The notes below the pieces were generated by a model, which saw only the letters and a list, made by a program, of their open reading frames with translations, was not told the DNA's origin and made no database searches. From Octopus vulgaris (Eukaryota), in the NCBI GenBank assembly GCA_951406725.2, contig OX597819.1, positions 18,972,001 through 19,036,000 of the forward strand: DNA of 64,000 nt. The letters run 5' to 3'. The first letter of the stretch is position 1; every line of letters starts with the position of its first letter. The translations under genes were made by a program, and so were the position numbers. Shown one piece after another: positions 39,740 to 53,370 of the stretch.

Positions 39740-40040
39740 TTCAGTTTTGTGTGTTGTTAGCGCGGAGCTTGGCACTTTCCAGCTTTAAACTGCATATTAT
39801 TATCGTCAATCAAGCTGTAAATTGAGTCCAACAACTGCTGCAGGTGTACGACGTCGTTACGGTTTTGTATTTTCAGTGACACTTTCGTACCATCTGCGTA
39901 GCTTAGCAAAGTGTCTATCCGGGTAGATGAGAGAATATCTGAGAAGGCCACTATGAAAGAAATGGTCCTAAGACAGTGATCTAGGGAACGCCACTCACTA
40001 GTTGTGTTTTCTTTGAGGTGGCTCCATTGGCGACTACTGC
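39740..40040 (-). mobile_element. CR1-clade LINE RT fragment, related to 49229-51253
   Basis: AVVANGATSKKTQLVSGVP*ITVLGPFLF, then SYADGTKVSLKIQN...LQQLLDSIY..NNMQFKAGKCQA. Confidence 0.85.
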
Positions 40041-40135
40041 TTCTTCTTCTTCTTCTTCTTCTTCTTCTTCTTCTCCTTCTTCTTCTTCTTCTTCTTCTTC
40101 TTCTTCTTCTTCTTCTTCTTCTTCTTCTTCTTTTC
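40041..40135. repeat. (TTC)n microsatellite
   Basis: Directly visible. Confidence 0.95.
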
Positions 40136-40430
40136 TTTACCTTCCTCGACCACTGCTGCTTAAACAATCAAAGCAAAGAACTGATATCAAATATTCTCTT
40201 TGGACCGCTACTACCTTCTACGAAGCCTTCACAAGAGTAAAAATGAAGGACAGATAGACAGAAAAAAATGAAAATGCCCCTTTTATATGAAAACTATGGA
40301 AATATTTTAAAAAAACATTTAATTTAATTTTTCCATTATTTAATTTTTTATCATGCTTTACTGAAACCGTTTCTAAAATGTTTTTCATGATAAAATTATT
40401 TTAGCATTTTGTACCTTTACTTATTGTCCT

Positions 40431-40521
<91 letters not shown>

Positions 40522-40795
40522 ACGTGTTTTATTTGTCTATAAACTATATGTTAATGTTATGACGCGGTTACTGATGAGAATTTCGCCTGGCAAATTATTT
40601 TTTACTAAAGAAATTCAAACCTAGGTATAACCGTAAAAAAATAACTAGGTAAAAGCTTTTAAGTTTTCATTCCCTACGAAATTGCTCTTGAATGTGGTAT
40701 CGGTCGTTTTGACTGCTTCTTCTATCATGTAAAATTACCTGTCAAAGGTAGCTTCTCTTGTGTTGAAATGTACACTATTTTATATTTTAAAAAAA

Positions 40796-40838
<43 letters not shown>

Positions 40839-40839
40839 T

Positions 40840-40905
<66 letters not shown>

Positions 40906-40959
40906 TTGTATAATATCTATAACATATATTGTTTTCACTGAAATATCTGTCAAGTAATT

Positions 40960-41110
40960 TGGTTTCAAAGTTTGGCACATGGCCAGCAAATTCGAAGGAG
41001 ATGGATGTCTATTACTTCGACCCAAGTTTTCAAGTGGTATTCATTTTTTCGACCCCGAAGTGAGGGAAATGTAAGTCTACTCCCTTGGAATTGGAACTCA
41101 GAATGTAAAT
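40960..41110 (-). mobile_element. S1b SINE fragment
   Basis: GGTTTCAAAGTTTGGCACATGGCCAGC...TCGACCCCGAA...GGAATTGGAACTCAGAATGT. Confidence 0.65.
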
Positions 41111-41954
41111 TTTTCAAGTATATATATTAGTATGTATTTTACAAAATGCCAAGTAACGTCAAATAAAGATCTATAGGGTAGTTTGAGTGAATATATATAT
41201 TAATCGTGTCAGAGCTTGAAATTTGTTCTAAGCACCGATGCACAACTGTTTTCATCTACAAAACTGAGACAAATAAAATTTAAATTTGGTGAAAATGTCC
41301 AAATTTACGATCTCAGAAAGAGAAACACACTGCATTTGTTAAACAATCTCAGTAGGATGAATCATAAGTCGTAGAAATAATTTATTTGATGTTTTGATAA
41401 CTTTTGAAATATACTTGATGTTCAAAATCAATCGGCTTTTTGACTGAACGAGAACTTAATCTTGACGTCAACGTCTCCCAGAGACAACAGTATTCAAGGA
41501 GGTGCAGTTCTTTAGCCGCATTCCCATGACGAAAATCAGTCGATCGAAAAGAAAATACACCGGGTTGTATAATAAGAAGTATTCTGTGTGTTGTCAATTA
41601 GGATGCGTCTTTAAAAAGTTGCTTCCTTAAAACACACAAAACACACACACATATGCACATATCTATATATAGGCATTATACACGCATAAATATGAATCGC
41701 GATGTGTTCCGAGATTACTCTTTGCTTTCAACTAATTTGGTTTCTTGTAAACAGAACAGAATTAGCGTCAACACAAGATTAATGTACACAACGTCAGATT
41801 CTTCTCCTCAGATTAATCTGTCAAATCATCTATTGAAAACATAACTGAATAATCTGTTTGATAATATTCACAAAAATCAGAAATTTCGTGTCCGTGGAAT
41901 AGCAGATTCCAGTAACATCGACAGAATTTAAGAGCAAACGCTTAAATACATAGA

Positions 41955-42270
41955 TAGACGTAGGCGTGGCTGTGTAGTAACAATCTTGCCTCCCAATCAC
42001 AGACATTCGAGTTCAGTCTCACTGTTGCAAGTTGGGCAAGTGTCTTCTACTATAGCTTCGGGCCGATAAGACACTTGTGTACGGAATTTGTAGACGGAAA
42101 CTAAAAGAGGCTCGTCATGTATGTATATATGTGTGCGTACGTGTGTGTGCGTGTGTCTAAATAAGTGCGTGCGCGTACGTGTCTCCGTGTGTACGCATGT
42201 GTCTGAGTACATGTTTGTTTACGTGTGCATGTGTGGTTTCGTGTGTGTGTGTGAGGACATCCTTGGGTGT
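41955..42270 (+). mobile_element. SINE family S2, head and core only, with a degenerate (TG)n
   Basis: TAGGCGTGGCTGTGTAGTAA...TTGGGCAAGTGTCTTCTACTATAGC...GTAGACGGAAACTAAAAGAGGCTCGTC. Confidence 0.8.
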
Positions 42271-42586
42271 GCGCGAATGTTTAAAAGCCTTAGACGGGTG
42301 ATAAAATAAAAGCGGAGAAATGAAATTCCGAGGAGAGACAATGAAATTTTGCTGATTTATTAACAAGAGAAATGTAAGGAGCTGAAAAAATATATTTTGC
42401 AATTATTAGGAAAACATATTCAAGAAGACTGGTGACGAAGTTGTCCTAGCAACAGTAGCACGACGCCTGTTCTCTCCGAAATGAATTTCAGATTGATGCG
42501 AAAGAGTATAATTTGGAACTGAATTACCAGTGTTCAAACACATCGGAAATGCTCTCCTTCTATCCACACACACATATATATATATG

Positions 42587-42639
<53 letters not shown>

Positions 42640-42647
42640 GCGCACGT

Positions 42648-42781
42648 ATGAGTAGTGGACTTCACCAACGGTGCAAAGAACATGAAATACGTAAACAACG
42701 AGAAAAAAGGTAAATAGGACAAGTAATCATAGAGAATGGACCATTCATCATTTGTCGGCTGTCTGTTTACTCCTCATTTCT
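42648..42781 (-). repeat. Short interspersed element shared with 54532-54660
   Basis: CACCAACGGTGCAAAGAACATGAAATACGTAAACAACGAGAAAAAAG matches 54544-54589. Confidence 0.7.
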
Positions 42782-42798
42782 ATACAGACAGACAGACG

Positions 42799-42845
<47 letters not shown>

Positions 42846-42849
42846 GAAT

Positions 42850-43782
42850 ACTAGAAGGAAAAATTGGAGCAAGTGATAAAAATATTCTTAAGTATTTAAT
42901 AAAACTGGAAAAATACAGGACAAGAAGTAAGCCTAACATAAAAGAAATGAGATTAAAATACTTGGGCTAAAAAAAAATCTGAATGGTTTAGCAATTAATT
43001 AAATTATTCAAATAAGCCAAGCCATTCAATACTGATCAACCACCTTTCACTCAAGAAGCTCAAAATAAAAGCAAATAGATTAAAATACTGCAGATAAATA
43101 TAAAATTTGATAGAAATAATCTGATGCTTTATCATAAATTCGCAGATATCAAATAAAAATTGTTTTAAGATTTTTGAAATACAGATTCATTTTTCTTTCT
43201 TTATTGTTTGTTTAATATTAATATAAAGTTATAAAAATTATTTTTATATTCTTTCAATATGATTGACTCTTTGACATCTGCATTTATTTGAGGGAGATTT
43301 AGATTTACTCAACAAAGAAATGAACTGACAAATAGTTAACTAATCAAAAATTTTAACCAAAAATTAAAATTCTAAATGTAAATTGAAATACTTTTGCCAA
43401 AAATAATTCAAAGGAAATACTTAATTAAAATAAATAAGCTTAAATTTTACTATAGCCGAGTATTTAATTTATTTACCTGCATTCTTTACACTTATTATAT
43501 CAGTTATTACTTTATATTCATATATTAAAATAATTAAAAACTTATTTATAGTGAAGCTTAGCAATAGGGAAATAATTTGGGTGAAACATGGTTGATCAGT
43601 ATTGAATGACTTAACGTATTTGAATATTTTATTTAATTGGTAAGCCAATGAAATTTTGTTTTAACCTGCGAAATTCTAAGCTCTTTTCTTATATTTTAGG
43701 CTTACATCTTTTTCTGTATATTTGCAGGTTTATTAAATACTTAAGAATATTGTTATCCCTTGCTTGCATTTTTCATTCTAGT
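42850..43782. mobile_element. ~930-bp foldback/MITE-like element with long imperfect inverted arms
   Basis: 42850-43054 is the reverse complement of 43577-43782 (for example AATATTCTTAAGTATTTAATAAA and CATTCAATACTGATCAACCA); weaker inverted matches continue inward. Confidence 0.8.
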
Positions 43783-44035
43783 CGACTTATTTTATACAGG
43801 TAATGAAAAATAAAATCATAATTTTTGTTCTTATAAAAGATTTAGCTTAATCTCTCATATTCTATTTCTTATTGATCAATAATTGATGCGTGTTCATTTT
43901 TGTTAGAAATTCTAAATTGAATAACATTTTCTTCAAATTGAGTATTAAGAAATATGCCTATTTAGAATTAATATTTTTAATTAATGTTTAACAGAAATAA
44001 AATTTATTAAAAAGCGAGCAATAATATATATATAC

Positions 44036-44114
<79 letters not shown>

Positions 44115-45044
44115 AATAACTAACTATGAACAATGAAGAATCAAATGATTTAGAAGAGAAGGTCGACAATGAGACAAAACACTTCTCGACTGGATTTCTC
44201 TTTGCTTTGTATTGACAAGTTGTCTTAAGTATCTTTGTAACTGGAAGTTATATATTTACAACTGGCAATTATTGAAAGTTATTTAACTTTTGTTCTCTTT
44301 AATATAATTTCATGCGGTCGATAAGAGAAGATACATCTGGTGAAGTTTCTTCGTTTGAACATAAATAAAGTCTACTTTATAACTGGGATATTTTGCGTTA
44401 AAGTCAATCTTCGGCTTTACTTAGCAAACTTTGGCTACTTAAAACTGGATAGCTAAACTCAGCACTTGTTCAATAGTAGCATTTATAGTTCACGCACACA
44501 GTAATAAGCGCACTAAAATCATACCGCTTACGCTTTAAACAGCAATATAACATCTTTACTATCAAAACCAGAGAGTGGTTTTTAAATGTGCGTCTTTTTT
44601 ACAGTAATCCATTTATGCATGTCGCGCTGTATATCACCCAGTTCATATTTTTTGTATGATATACTCGCCTTTAGTTCGTTAGTTTTCCGGGTGACTTCGT
44701 TGTTTTTTTTTAAATATATTCGCCTTTCGTCAATAAATATCTTGCTTTTTTCTGTTTTATTTTTGTCTTTTGTTTGCAATATATATTCGCTTTTAGTTCT
44801 TTAATTTCCCGGATCAACTGAAACTTACTTTCTGACAGTCGAACACTTGCTCATTTAGTTTTCCATTTTATCTCATTAAACGATCTATTTTCTGGTTCCA
44901 GTTGTTTTCCTATTACGTTCCTGCAACCGCTATGAATGCTTTTCTGTGACTTCGTCGAAAGATTTGATCTTCCCGACAAAGTTTGACGCAATATTTCATT
45001 TATCTCGCAGACACCTCTCCGTATTGACTTGTCTTTCAGAACGT

Positions 45045-45545
45045 TACATCAGGACGTCATTTCTTTACGCTTCGCTGGCGCTCTCCTCCGAGCCGGTTGT
45101 TCGAATGGGAGAGGATTTCTTGTGTCAATATGATGTTTCACACTACATTGGAGTGGTAGTTCCGATTTCGGTGGCATCAAGATCGTCGGTAACGCTTTCA
45201 AATCACCAACAGCAATAGTCCGCTTTACTAATCTTGCTTCTACCCAAATCGTCATAGAACAGAAGTCCAATTGACAACCCATACACCAAATACTCCAAAC
45301 CTAAGAGACAAGGGTTGCTCCATCACCACCACGTATACTTTGAGTACGATCTTTTGTCCTGCAACTCCAATTAGGATACGAACTGGTCTTCTCGGTTCAG
45401 TACATTGCTCGGTATCACCCCACAACTGCCGCCGTGACTCTGGTAGGTATCGATGCTATAACTTATCAGATCTAACAATAGTCTGTTTGGAGGCCAAATC
45501 AATCACAAGGCGACACTTCTGGCTGTCAATTCCACCATCCACATG
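45045..45545 (-). mobile_element. Ty3/Gypsy pol remnant: aspartic protease and start of RT
   Basis: GGIDSQKCRLVIDLASKQTIVR (from DTGS)...VYVVVMEQP.SL.LEYL..GCQLD, then VKHHIDTRNPLPFEQPARRRAPAKRKEM. Confidence 0.75.
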
Positions 45546-45587
45546 TATGCTGTCGATTAAATTAATTAATTTAATTAAGCTGGCGTC

Positions 45588-45687
45588 TCAAATACACGTG
45601 CTCTTAAAGAGAAAATTACTACACATACACACACACGCACACATATAGATATATAATAACTTCCTCTTTAAGAGCGCGTGTGTTTGA
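45588..45687. repeat. 31-bp inverted repeat enclosing a CA/TA spacer
   Basis: TCAAATACACGTGCTCTTAAAGAGAAAATTA versus the reverse complement of 45657-45687, TCAAACACACGCGCTCTTAAAGAGGAAGTTA. Confidence 0.85.
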
Positions 45688-46358
45688 AAAGGCTAAAAGA
45701 ATGCGCTCACATACTAGAAAAAACTCTTCTCAAAAGAGATTAGTAACTTCTTGATAAAACATTTCATAATATTTAAAGAAAAAAATGTTTTCGAAATCAC
45801 CTTTACAATTCAATGCTGTTTTAAATAAGTCTCATTGACTTTCAATACGTATGAATATATATGTATATAGGCGTATGTATATATTAATTTGCACATATAG
45901 GTATATAGATATACGTGCCTACGTATGTATGTGTGCAAATACTTAGATTTGCGCACGTTCATTTCGGGGGAACAACTGCGTAGTGCTCTAACCATTTCGT
46001 AGGGTTTAAGATTCATATAGCCAAGATTATTCTTCTAATTGCTGTAGCTTTAAATCTGCGGTCATACTGGGGCAGCACCGTTTGCTGTGCGATACCATTA
46101 TTTGAACCCTTTTGTGATATGTGGTATCTGGTGAATGAGGGAGTTTGGTGCTACTGTCCTCATATGTGTTTCCTTCTGAGAGGGAGGCTCACCTGGAACA
46201 TTTGACCAAAGTTTAATACGACTCCATCTAACCAATTCCAAACGTTAATAAATAAATAATATATATATATGCTACCAGTAGAGTGCCACTTTATTTTTCT
46301 CGTCCGTTCCTCATTATCTGTGCATATGTATGCATGGATCTATATATGTTAGCGATTC

Positions 46359-46439
<81 letters not shown>

Positions 46440-46576
46440 GTACACATTGCAAATAAAAATGAGAAGTTCCCATATTCATGTATAAATCAAATATGAAATA
46501 ACTTTCATCTAAATATAAGTGCCTGCTATTTGTGAAAAAGTATCTTTATTTATTCATAACAACATACCATTTCTCC

Positions 46577-46622
<46 letters not shown>

Positions 46623-46938
46623 ATGTGTGTGGGGGTGTCTGTGTGTGTGTGTGTGTGCTTACACACATTAATAGTACTGCATGTTGGTGTACATCACATC
46701 GATTGAATTGGTGTCATCCGAGATTGAATTATCTGAAAGGCCTTCCAAAATGGATATATCTAAATATAGAAGTGTACTTGGGAGGAAGAACTTTCTTGAA
46801 ATTTCGGAAGATTAATGGACATGTTAAATACCACCAATGGACTTGAATGGTAAATTTAGACAATACGAAGAATATAACGGATATTCAACACCAGACTTAC
46901 TAAATATAATTATCTACATTCAGACAACCAGAAACAGG

Positions 46939-47485
<547 letters not shown>

Positions 47486-48039
47486 TACAATTTCGTGTTA
47501 GAAATGTGCAAGAATAGATGAAAATTTTGCAAGTATATAAACTGAAAGCAGCGATCGATAGAGATATTTAAATCGACGAAAGGAAATTAAAATTTTCAGT
47601 ATAGTTGCAAATAATTTATTTACAAAAACGGAAAAATATTCAAGGACGAGAAGATTTAAAGATGTTGCATATATAAAAGTATATATACGTACAGATATGT
47701 ATATATATGTATGCATATATGCATGTAGGTAGGTATGTATATGCGCATATATATATATATATTTATGCATATATGCGCAAATACATATCTACATGCCCAC
47801 ACACATACACGCTCACGCGTTCGCAAGCTCACGCACGTGCACACACATATATAAATATATGCAAACAAAGGGAAAAATAATAATAAAAAAAACATGTCAA
47901 AGATTGTGAATTACAAGAAAGATGAGGAAAGACAGAATTTGAAAGCAAATAGCTAAAATTAATGAAAATCACAAAATACATTTTAATAAAAAATAAATAG
48001 AGAGCAACAAAAACGAGGAGACCATTTAAAGACAAAAGT

Positions 48040-48370
48040 GCTAAATAAATGGAACTCTTAATTCTATAGAATAGAGGAGGAATGCAGGTAAATACGTGGT
48101 TTAATCGCAGGAAATGACATTTCTAAAGAACTTTGATATTCTTCAGAATTTACACATTGGTTTACGATTTTCAGATTAAGAATCTGGAGAGGCTGCAAAG
48201 ACAGAGGAAAACAAATATTAGTTTGAATACAATTGAGAATATTAGAAAAAAATGTAAAGATACATGAGGAATGTTCCATAAAAGACAACTGGAAATTATC
48301 AGGAAATTATTAAGATAGATTTGGAAATTTAGCATAGAATTTAATTTTGTATATTTTGCTGAAAATTGCA
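48040..48370 (-). mobile_element. Possible degenerate Penelope-like 3' end/pseudo-LTR
   Basis: Minus strand has CTGAAGA-A...AAAG-TT-CTTTA-GAAA-TGTC-ATTT near 48111-48150, downstream of an IISSCLLWN-like remnant; layout similar to 55297-55660. Confidence 0.3.
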
Positions 48371-48431
48371 TTTGAAATGATTAATCGTTTACATCTTTAG
48401 CTATATTTACATACACTTCTTTACTGCCATT

Positions 48432-48484
<53 letters not shown>

Positions 48485-48536
48485 TATATAGATGAATATA
48501 TACATGTATACATATCTCTCTCTCTCTCTCTCTCTC

Positions 48537-48590
<54 letters not shown>

Positions 48591-49228
48591 AATATGTATG
48601 TATGCATGTATGCATATATATATATATATACATGCATGCATGCAGACCAATACAATATGGTGTGAGCCTCTGGTTTTTATATATTTGTACCTCGCATATA
48701 TTTATTTAGAAATATGCTCAGACATATTCCTAATGTATTCACAATGAATATATATATATGTGCGTGTTTATATGTGTGTGTGTTTGTGCGTGTGTGAGTA
48801 TGTATGTGTATGTGTGTGTGAATGTGGAGATAGAGAGAGAGAGAGAGTGGGGGATTTGAGGAAGGGAAAGAACGGCACAAGAGGGACTGAAAATTTGTTT
48901 TTTGAATGTCTGTCGAATTATCCTAAATTCCACATTTTAGGATTTTATTAATGTTAAATGTCGAGAAAATCTTAAAATGTAGGAAAATTAAATAACGTGT
49001 CTTTGCATCCCATTTTAATATTCGATTATTTTCAACCCAATATTGAACATATATTATGTTTTATGTTGACTTTTGTTTCCAGATTTTTCTCCTTTTCTCT
49101 AATAACTTAATATCTCTGCTCACTAACCAACAACTATGATTAATATACCAATGAATGGTCTTGGAAAAATAATATCTACTGTTGCATCACACATTTATTT
49201 AGTTATATGAATTGAAAATGTAATTATA

Positions 49229-51253
49229 TATTTATTTATTTATTTATTTATTTTTATCTAGTTTCAGCTCTCAAGCAGTGGCCATGCTGGGGCACCGCCA
49301 TTTGGTGTTGCTACATGATTTTACTTCAGGAATGCTTTTCAGCAACTGCCATTTGGTGCATGAGAGAGTTCGATGCAGCTGCCCTCATCTGCACCTCCTT
49401 CCGTGAAGTTGGTTCTTCTGGGACACCTGACAAGGAGAGATCCAGTTTCATTTTAAAGGCATCTGCATCCACCCAATGCAGGCCTCTTAGGTTCTTCGGG
49501 AGGATATTGAAGAGCTGTGTGCCTCGGAAGCCCAGGCTATCACAGTATCTCGTCCTACATCTTGATGGAAAATTTGGAGTCCTTGGCACTATGCAGTGGC
49601 GCCCAGTTCTGGCATTTGTGTAACTCTCGATGCCAAAGTTTGGGACAAGTCCTTCTAGGATCTTCCAGATGTATATTATGGCATATCTTTCTCGCCTACG
49701 CTCTAAGGAATAGAGTCTTAATCTATTGAGTCTTTCCCAGTAGCTTATATGCTGCACAGAGGCTATCTTCTTCGTGTACCTTCGTTGGATCGCCTCAAGT
49801 TCTGTGATTAACTTGACACTGGATGGTGACAATAGCCGAGAGCAATAGTCAAAATGGCTTAGGACAAGTGTTCTCCAGAGGACTATCATGGTTTCCTGGT
49901 CTCTTGTTCTAAAGGTTCTAAGAACCCATCCGGTTAGCCGCCTACATTTCATTGCCAATTTAGCAACATGCACATGAAAGTTTGCGTCATCACTCATGTA
50001 AATACCCAGGTCTCTCACTGATTGTGCCTCTGGGATTGCTATCTTTCCAGGTCCAGTGTATTCATTGGGTATTGCATTTAGTTTTGCATGCTGATAGCTT
50101 AAAGCTTGAAACTTTTCAGCATTGAACTGCATACTATTCTTTTCAGCCCACCTGTATATTTTGTCCAGCTCACATTGCAGGTGCTTAGTGTCTTCAGGGT
50201 TCTGTATTGCCTGTGAAACTTTTGTATCATCGGCATAACTTGTGATCGTGGCTCTCTGCGTGGCTGAGGGCATGTCTGAGAGGGCCATTATGAACAGTAG
50301 TGGTCCCAAAACAGTGCCCTGCGGAACACCGCTAACTATTTGCGTGTTAATGGAAGTGGCCCCATTGGCTACTACCACCTGACTTCTATCCTTTAGAAAG
50401 TCATGAAGCCATTCTCCCAATTTTCCAACTATGCCAAGATCACGCAGTTTGTGAAATATCATTCCATGATCGACTTTATCAAAGGCCTTTGCAAAGTCGA
50501 GATATATCACTTCCACATTTGAGTGGTTGAGCAGTCGTTTCAGCACCCATGTTGGGTGTCAGGCAGCAAGTCATTTTCTTCAAGGAAGGTGATTAGTTTC
50601 CTTCTGACTATTCGTTCCATGACCTTGCTGATGTGTGAGGTCAGAGAGATAGGTCTGTAGTTCTTGGCCTCCGCTCTGCTACCTGCTTCATGAATGGGGC
50701 ATATTTTACCTTCCTTCAGTTTTCTTGGAAGTTTGCCAGTTGCAAGGAAGCTCTGAAAGAGGAACTGCAGTGGTCTTGCTAGGACTCTCTTACATACTTT
50801 TAGAAGGATTGCTGGGAATCCATCGGTGCCAGTAGCTGAGTTTGTTTTCATTTGATCTATAGCCTTTATTACACCGTCTTCCTTTATATTGATGTAATCA
50901 ATCATCGCTGCCTTTGATTTTATATCTGCAGTGGTAAAGAAGTCAGTTGAATTGCTGACTTGAAAATGCCCTAGGGGTGGAGTGAAAATACTCTTGAATT
51001 GCTCATTTAGTATTTCACTTACCCTCATTGGATTTCCTGTGAGTGTGCCATCCTTTTCAAGGAGTGGCCCTATCCTATAGTGCACCGTAGCTGTTTCTTT
51101 GGCATACCTGTAGAAAGTTCTGGGGTTAGATTTTATGTTGTCTATAGCCCAGGCTTCTTTGTCTGCTCTTTCTTTTTCATGGGAGAGTTGCAGACATTTT
51201 TCAATTTCCAACAGTTTTATTTTCAGGCGGGACTTTTCACTGCTTTCAATTTG
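49229..51253 (-). mobile_element. CR1-clade LINE, 5'-truncated; RT pseudogene with one internal deletion; (TAAA)n tail
   Basis: ORFs 50540-51274 and 49326-50546: NYRPISLTSHISKVMER, QHG, YLDFAKAFDKVDH, GVPQGTVLGPLLF, YADDTK, VRDLG, SLERRRERY; 3' tail GGCGGTGCCCCAGCATGGCCACTGC..CTGAAACTAGAT-(AAAT)n. Confidence 0.92.
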
Positions 51254-51473
51254 ACTGTGGCCTTGCTGCAGCACCGCCTTTAGTCGAGCAAATCAACCCC
51301 AAGACTTATTCTTTGTAAGTCTAGTACTTATTCTATCAGTCTCTTTTGCCGAACCGCTAAGTTACGGGGACGTAGACACAACAGCATCGATTGTCAAGTG
51401 ATGTTGGGGGTACAAACACAAACACAGAAACATGCACACACAAACACACACACGCATACATACGCACACACAC

Positions 51474-51546
<73 letters not shown>

Positions 51547-51718
51547 CATATTTACGACGGGCTTCTTTCACTTTCCGTCTACCAAATCCACTCACAAGGC
51601 TTTGGTCGGCCCGAGGCTATAGTAGAAAACACTTGGCTAAGATGCCACGTAGTGGGATTTAACCCGGAACCATGTGGTTGGTAAGCAAGATACTTACCTC
51701 ACATCTACTCCTAAGCCT
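51249..51718 (-). mobile_element. SINE family S2 fused directly to the 5' truncation point of the CR1 LINE
   Basis: Full head and core; the tail stops at ...GGCCACAGTCAAAT and continues as the LINE ORF (QIESSEKSRLK). Confidence 0.9.
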
Positions 51719-53004
51719 GCAGATATTATTTTATTGTCTATATATATATATGCAGTTGCTGGAAAATACGGGCGATATTTTTTTCTATTTAATCTCACAT
51801 ACTTCGATGCATGGAAAGTGCCATAGGGAAGCATTTTAAAAGCCGGTCAAACGATGATAAGAGGCATTCACTGGCTACTACGAAATATTTATCTAAATGC
51901 AGATATGTACATGCATATATAATCTACAGAAAATGAATTGATTCTCGAGCACAGTATGGCTGTTATGAGAGCTTAGGTAATCGAGTAAATACACCCCTGC
52001 AGAAGACAGAAAAAAGAAATCGACCAGGAACTGCGATATGGCGAGGCATTACTGTAATGTTAATTAGTAGCTTTTGCAATGTGAGAATATTTCTTTAAAC
52101 AAACTTATAAGTGATGCTGTGTCGGTATTCGAGAAACAATAGAGAAATTCTCGAACGTTGGATAGCTGTGTAAACTACTTAAAAGTCTGGTAAAAACCCA
52201 TTCCAGAGAATCGAAAAATGCACCTTTCAAACTAATATTCGTTACGAAAAATAAAATGGTGAAAATATGGATAATAACTATTCATTTAAAGCCTTCCTCC
52301 CTTTCCAAGTTTCATCATGAATCCCTTAATAAAAGCGTTAAATAACCTGCCTTTATCTAAAGGTTCAATCTACATTCTTTTTCTTAATAACTTAAAAAAA
52401 AAACTGTACACAGCCTCAAAGAATATGTTCATACATTATGCATTCGCATACTCTGCTAGACGATTACCTCCAGTGGTGCAAACATATAATCTAGTTACAA
52501 AACAAACTAAAGTGCTCGATCGTTCTGCATGAAACTCAAACATTATACGCGAAGGGATCTAAAACATTATAGCTACAAACACGTGAAGGAGAATTCCAAA
52601 CGTTGCTATATCAATATTAAAAATGTTAGCGTAATACTACGAAACATTTTAAGATTATTGTTTATATAAGGAGTAGATTAGAATAGACGTAGGAAATTTG
52701 TTTGCGCAAAGAATTAGAAATATTTTCAGTTCACAACGAGCCATGTACTTGCATATCATTCGACAGTATAATCATATACACGAAAAATGTTAGATGTGTA
52801 TGTGCCGGCGTTTCTATCAGTCTGTAAGCACACATACACACACATACACACACACACACACACATTCTGTATGTATGCATAAATCCGAGGTCTATGACGT
52901 AATATGCAATATCACCAAAGAGGTAAAAATAAATATATTTACAATCGAAAATAATATTTCCATAACGTAATAAATATAGTTTATTGGGAGTAGGCAATAC
53001 TAAA

Positions 53005-53005
<1 letters not shown>

Positions 53006-53080
<75 letters not shown>

Positions 53081-53106
53081 GTGTGTGTGTATGTGTGTGT
53101 GTATGC

Positions 53107-53143
<37 letters not shown>

Positions 53144-53301
53144 TGTAATATATATATATATATATACACATACACATACATATGTATATATGCATATATA
53201 TATAGAGCTGTGAATATATTTATATGTATATACATGTGTATATATATATGTGTATGTATATATATATATGTACGTATGTATGTATGTATATATACAGACA
53301 A

Positions 53302-53346
<45 letters not shown>

Positions 53347-53370
53347 TACACACACACACTTATATAGAAA
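53006..53370. repeat. (TA)n/(TG)n/(CA)n compound microsatellite
   Basis: Directly visible. Confidence 0.95.

Noticed and set aside
40570-40615. CTGATGA followed by a hairpin
   Set aside because: No GAAA directly follows the stem; probably chance.
42425-42460. TGACGA-A-GTTG(TCCTAG)CAAC as another hammerhead
   Set aside because: It lacks C3 and GAAA and has no stem I.
49326-50546. 406-aa ORF as a host gene or an active retrotransposon
   Set aside because: It is a 5'-truncated LINE RT with no endonuclease and a deletion in a conserved RT motif.
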